This document shows, one piece after another, positions 55,601 through 57,067 of a DNA stretch of 57,067 bases. Both the position numbers and the translations under genes were made by a program. The stretch spans positions 1-57,067 of the forward strand of contig JAZDKR010000012.1 in the NCBI GenBank assembly GCA_043802785.1, in the 5' to 3' direction. The DNA comes from Elusimicrobiota bacterium. GTDB lineage: Bacteria; Elusimicrobiota; UBA8919. The notes under the pieces were generated by a model that had not been told where the DNA came from, searched no databases, and saw only the letters and a program-made list of their open reading frames with translations. The stretch's first letter is position 1. Every line of letters starts with the position of its first letter.

Positions 55601-56871
55601 TGACATTAAGAACTTTTCACATCGGCGGCACTGCATCCAGAATTGTAAAAGAAGCAAGTATCTCGGCAGAAAAGGACTCAACGGTAAAGTTTTTTAATTT
55701 AAGACATATTAAAAACCGTTCCGGAAAAATAATAGTCGTTTCCAGAAATGCGGAGATGCAACTTGTTTCAGGTAAGTGGAAAAAGGTATACAAACTTCCA
55801 TATGGAACAGAGGTAAAATTTGCGAAGGATACAAAGGTTCCGAAAGGCACAATAGTTGCATCATGGGATTCTTACACACTTCCTGTTATAACGGAACACT
55901 CCGGTCGGGTTCATCTTAAAGATGTTGCCGAGGGTTCAACGATGCACGAAGCGGAAAATAAAGTTACACAGCAGAAAGAACGAGTGATTATTGAGCATCC
56001 GGGGTCCAAAATGAATCCGCGGATAGTAATAATTGACCCCGTCGGGACGAAAAAGATTGTGTCATATCCGCTGCCCGTCGGAACCCACATCGTTGTTGAC
56101 AAGAATCAGCCGGTTGAAGCAGGAGATGTCGTAGCAAAAATCCCTCGTGAGTATGCCAAAAGCAAGGATATCACCGGCGGACTTCCGAGAGTTGCTGAAC
56201 TTTTTGACGCTAGAAAACCGAAGAACACAGCGATTATTTCCGAACTTGAAGGAACAGTGACAATCGGTTCCGGCGAAGAGGGAACTTTTGTTACCGTTGA
56301 AAGCGAATCGGGAATAAAAAGAGAATACAAAATTCCGCAGGGCAAACATTTGATGGTCTACGAAGGCGACAGAGTAACGGTCGGAGGAACGCTTACCGAC
56401 GGTTCCATTGACCCGCATGATATATTAGATGTTTTAGATGTAAAGGGCGTGCAAGAGTTTTTAGTCAACGAGATTCAAGAGGTTTATCGTCTACAAGGTG
56501 TATCCATAAATGATAAGCACATTGAGGTCATCGTTCGGCAGATGTTATTAAATGTTAAAATAGAAAAATCCGGCGATAGCAGTTTTCTTGAAGGCGAACT
56601 TGTAAATAGGTTTGACTTTGATGCTGAAAATAAAAAGATTGAAGCAAGGAAAGGTGAACCAGCCGAGGTAAAACCGGTGCTTCTTGGAATTACTCGTGCG
56701 GCGCTTTCTTCAAGAAGTTGGATTTCAGCGGCGTCATTCCAGGAGACATCAAGAATTTTGACAGATGCGGCTGTCAGAGGTGCGGTTGATAATTTAGTCG
56801 GCTTAAAAGAAAATGTTATTATCGGACATTTGATTCCCGCCGGCACAGGATTTAGAAAAAACGCGAATTAA
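52687..56871 (+). CDS. rpoC: RNA polymerase beta' subunit
   Basis: N-terminal Zn-finger Cys, LLGKRVDYSGRS, NADFDGD, GEPGTQLT, GLKENVIIGHLIPAGTG. Confidence 0.99.
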   Translation: MAKFIKNQLKKSLKPKRKTVDQLNYAEFDRIKISLASPEVIRSWSYGEVRKPETINYRTFKPERDGLFCEKIFGPVNDWECNCGKYKWVKHKGIVCDRCGVEVTESKVRRERMGHIDLATPIAHIWFMRKNPSKIATLLDMKLSDIEKIVYYAMYVVLSVEKNENKLPLYEKQLLTDEEYQKYKSDAELKFKVGIGASAILELIRNTDLDKEAKEITADIKKGKSEANKIKFVKRLRLINGFLKSGFKPEWMIFTTIPVLPPDLRPLVPLEGGRFAASDLNDLYRRIINRNNRLRHLEALKSPELMIHNEKRLLQEAVDSLFENGAKGKIVTGAGNRPLKSLSDVIKGKNGRFRQNLLGKRVDYSGRSVIVVGPEMKLSQCGLPKEMALELFKPYIIKEIISRGFVSSLKAAKRFLEKERPEVWDILETITKNHPVMLNRAPTLHRMGIQAFYPVLIEGRAIRLHPLTCTAFNADFDGDQMAVHIPLSAEAIKEVNERMLSTKNLLLPSSGRPVVSPSQDMVVGCAYLTKPKDGVMGEGMIFSDTDEVLSAYQNGQIDLNAKIKVRGINKIREEESERGREKESKREVAAGLRARKNVGSWADYTTVGRVIFNSIIPSELGFTNKSVGKKDVANIVEASFKKLGNDKTVILLDEIKKMGFRYATLSGLSISIDDLIVPNEKSKMINETRGKVKEFERQARKGVITNKERYEKIIDEWTRTTDKICDLMFDKMEAQESFPYKEGEPKFNSLFIMSNSGARGSRAQVRQLGGMRGLMAKPAKRLTGQIGEIIEQPVEANFREGLTVLEYFISTHGGRKGLADTALKTSEAGYLTRRLVDVAHDVVITEDDCGTLNGIKVGAIVSGDEAIESLAERIVGRCALDNIVGVIQTPSGEYKEELIIKEHEIITAEQSKMVVHAGIESIRIRSVLTCETKNGICAKCYGLDLATAREIEKGEAIGIIAAQSIGEPGTQLTLRTFHIGGTASRIVKEASISAEKDSTVKFFNLRHIKNRSGKIIVVSRNAEMQLVSGKWKKVYKLPYGTEVKFAKDTKVPKGTIVASWDSYTLPVITEHSGRVHLKDVAEGSTMHEAENKVTQQKERVIIEHPGSKMNPRIVIIDPVGTKKIVSYPLPVGTHIVVDKNQPVEAGDVVAKIPREYAKSKDITGGLPRVAELFDARKPKNTAIISELEGTVTIGSGEEGTFVTVESESGIKREYKIPQGKHLMVYEGDRVTVGGTLTDGSIDPHDILDVLDVKGVQEFLVNEIQEVYRLQGVSINDKHIEVIVRQMLLNVKIEKSGDSSFLEGELVNRFDFDAENKKIEARKGEPAEVKPVLLGITRAALSSRSWISAASFQETSRILTDAAVRGAVDNLVGLKENVIIGHLIPAGTGFRKNAN

Positions 56872-57041
56872 CGTGAATAAAGGCATAGTGTCATTGCGAG
56901 GCAAAGCCGAAGCAATCTCGTTTTAAAAATAAAAAACATTGAAGTAATAAACTCTTTTGAAACATCAATAGTAATAATTCTAGATGCAGAGTGCGGCACT
57001 ATCATTACCGTCAGCATGTTGTTTTTTTTTTTAATTTTCAT
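56868..57041 (-). pseudogene. 5' fragment of an M23-peptidase-like gene ending in a palindromic repeat
   Basis: MKIKKKNNMLTVMIVPHSASRIITIDVSK resembles M23 peptidase N-termini; the frame runs into the GTCATTGCGAGG element (56889-56919) and stops. Confidence 0.5.
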
Positions 57042-57067
57042 AAAAAACCCCAGTAAAACCAAATATG

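Noticed and set aside
1-57067. tRNA, rRNA, transposase, integrase or prophage genes
   Set aside because: None recognised by eye; tRNAscan, ISEScan or Infernal would be needed to exclude divergent cases.

Overview
AT-rich chromosomal window from an apparently anaerobic bacterium (Elusimicrobiota-like is a guess from gene content; not verifiable here). A minus-strand housekeeping backbone runs lepA-lepB-nfeD-SPFH-hemW-GT2-B12 radical SAM-2x GT-C-ppdK, then tyrS-thi4-thi4-ilvC-aminotransferase-hom-thrC-thrB-lysC-fibre-like surface protein. PBP1A, a DUF2148 ferredoxin and a stand-alone rpoC are on the plus strand. Three features stand out. (1) Almost every junction of the tyrS..lysC block holds co-oriented defence or selfish cargo: four restriction-modification pairs, an ADP-ribosyltransferase-like gene, RelE-, VapBC-, DUF4160/DUF2442-, HEPN-MNT- and zeta-like modules, Fic, HNH and an AAA ATPase. 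Some insertions are bounded by duplications of the host gene (a 40-bp copy of the aminotransferase start; a whole second thi4). (2) An integrase-less array of integron cassettes with three attC sites lies at 18.2-19.9 kb. (3) Several families of small repeats (7/8/9/12-mer tandem tracts, GTAG-REPs, GTCATT palindromes, tiny GC hairpins, 160-290 bp foldbacks) fill the intergenic spaces. They also sit in frame inside conserved enzymes (ThrB, ThrC, PpdK, HemW, LepA, RpoC, GT2), supply start or stop codons, and mark apparent rearrangement breakpoints around rpoC. No tRNA, rRNA, CRISPR array, transposase or integrase was recognised.
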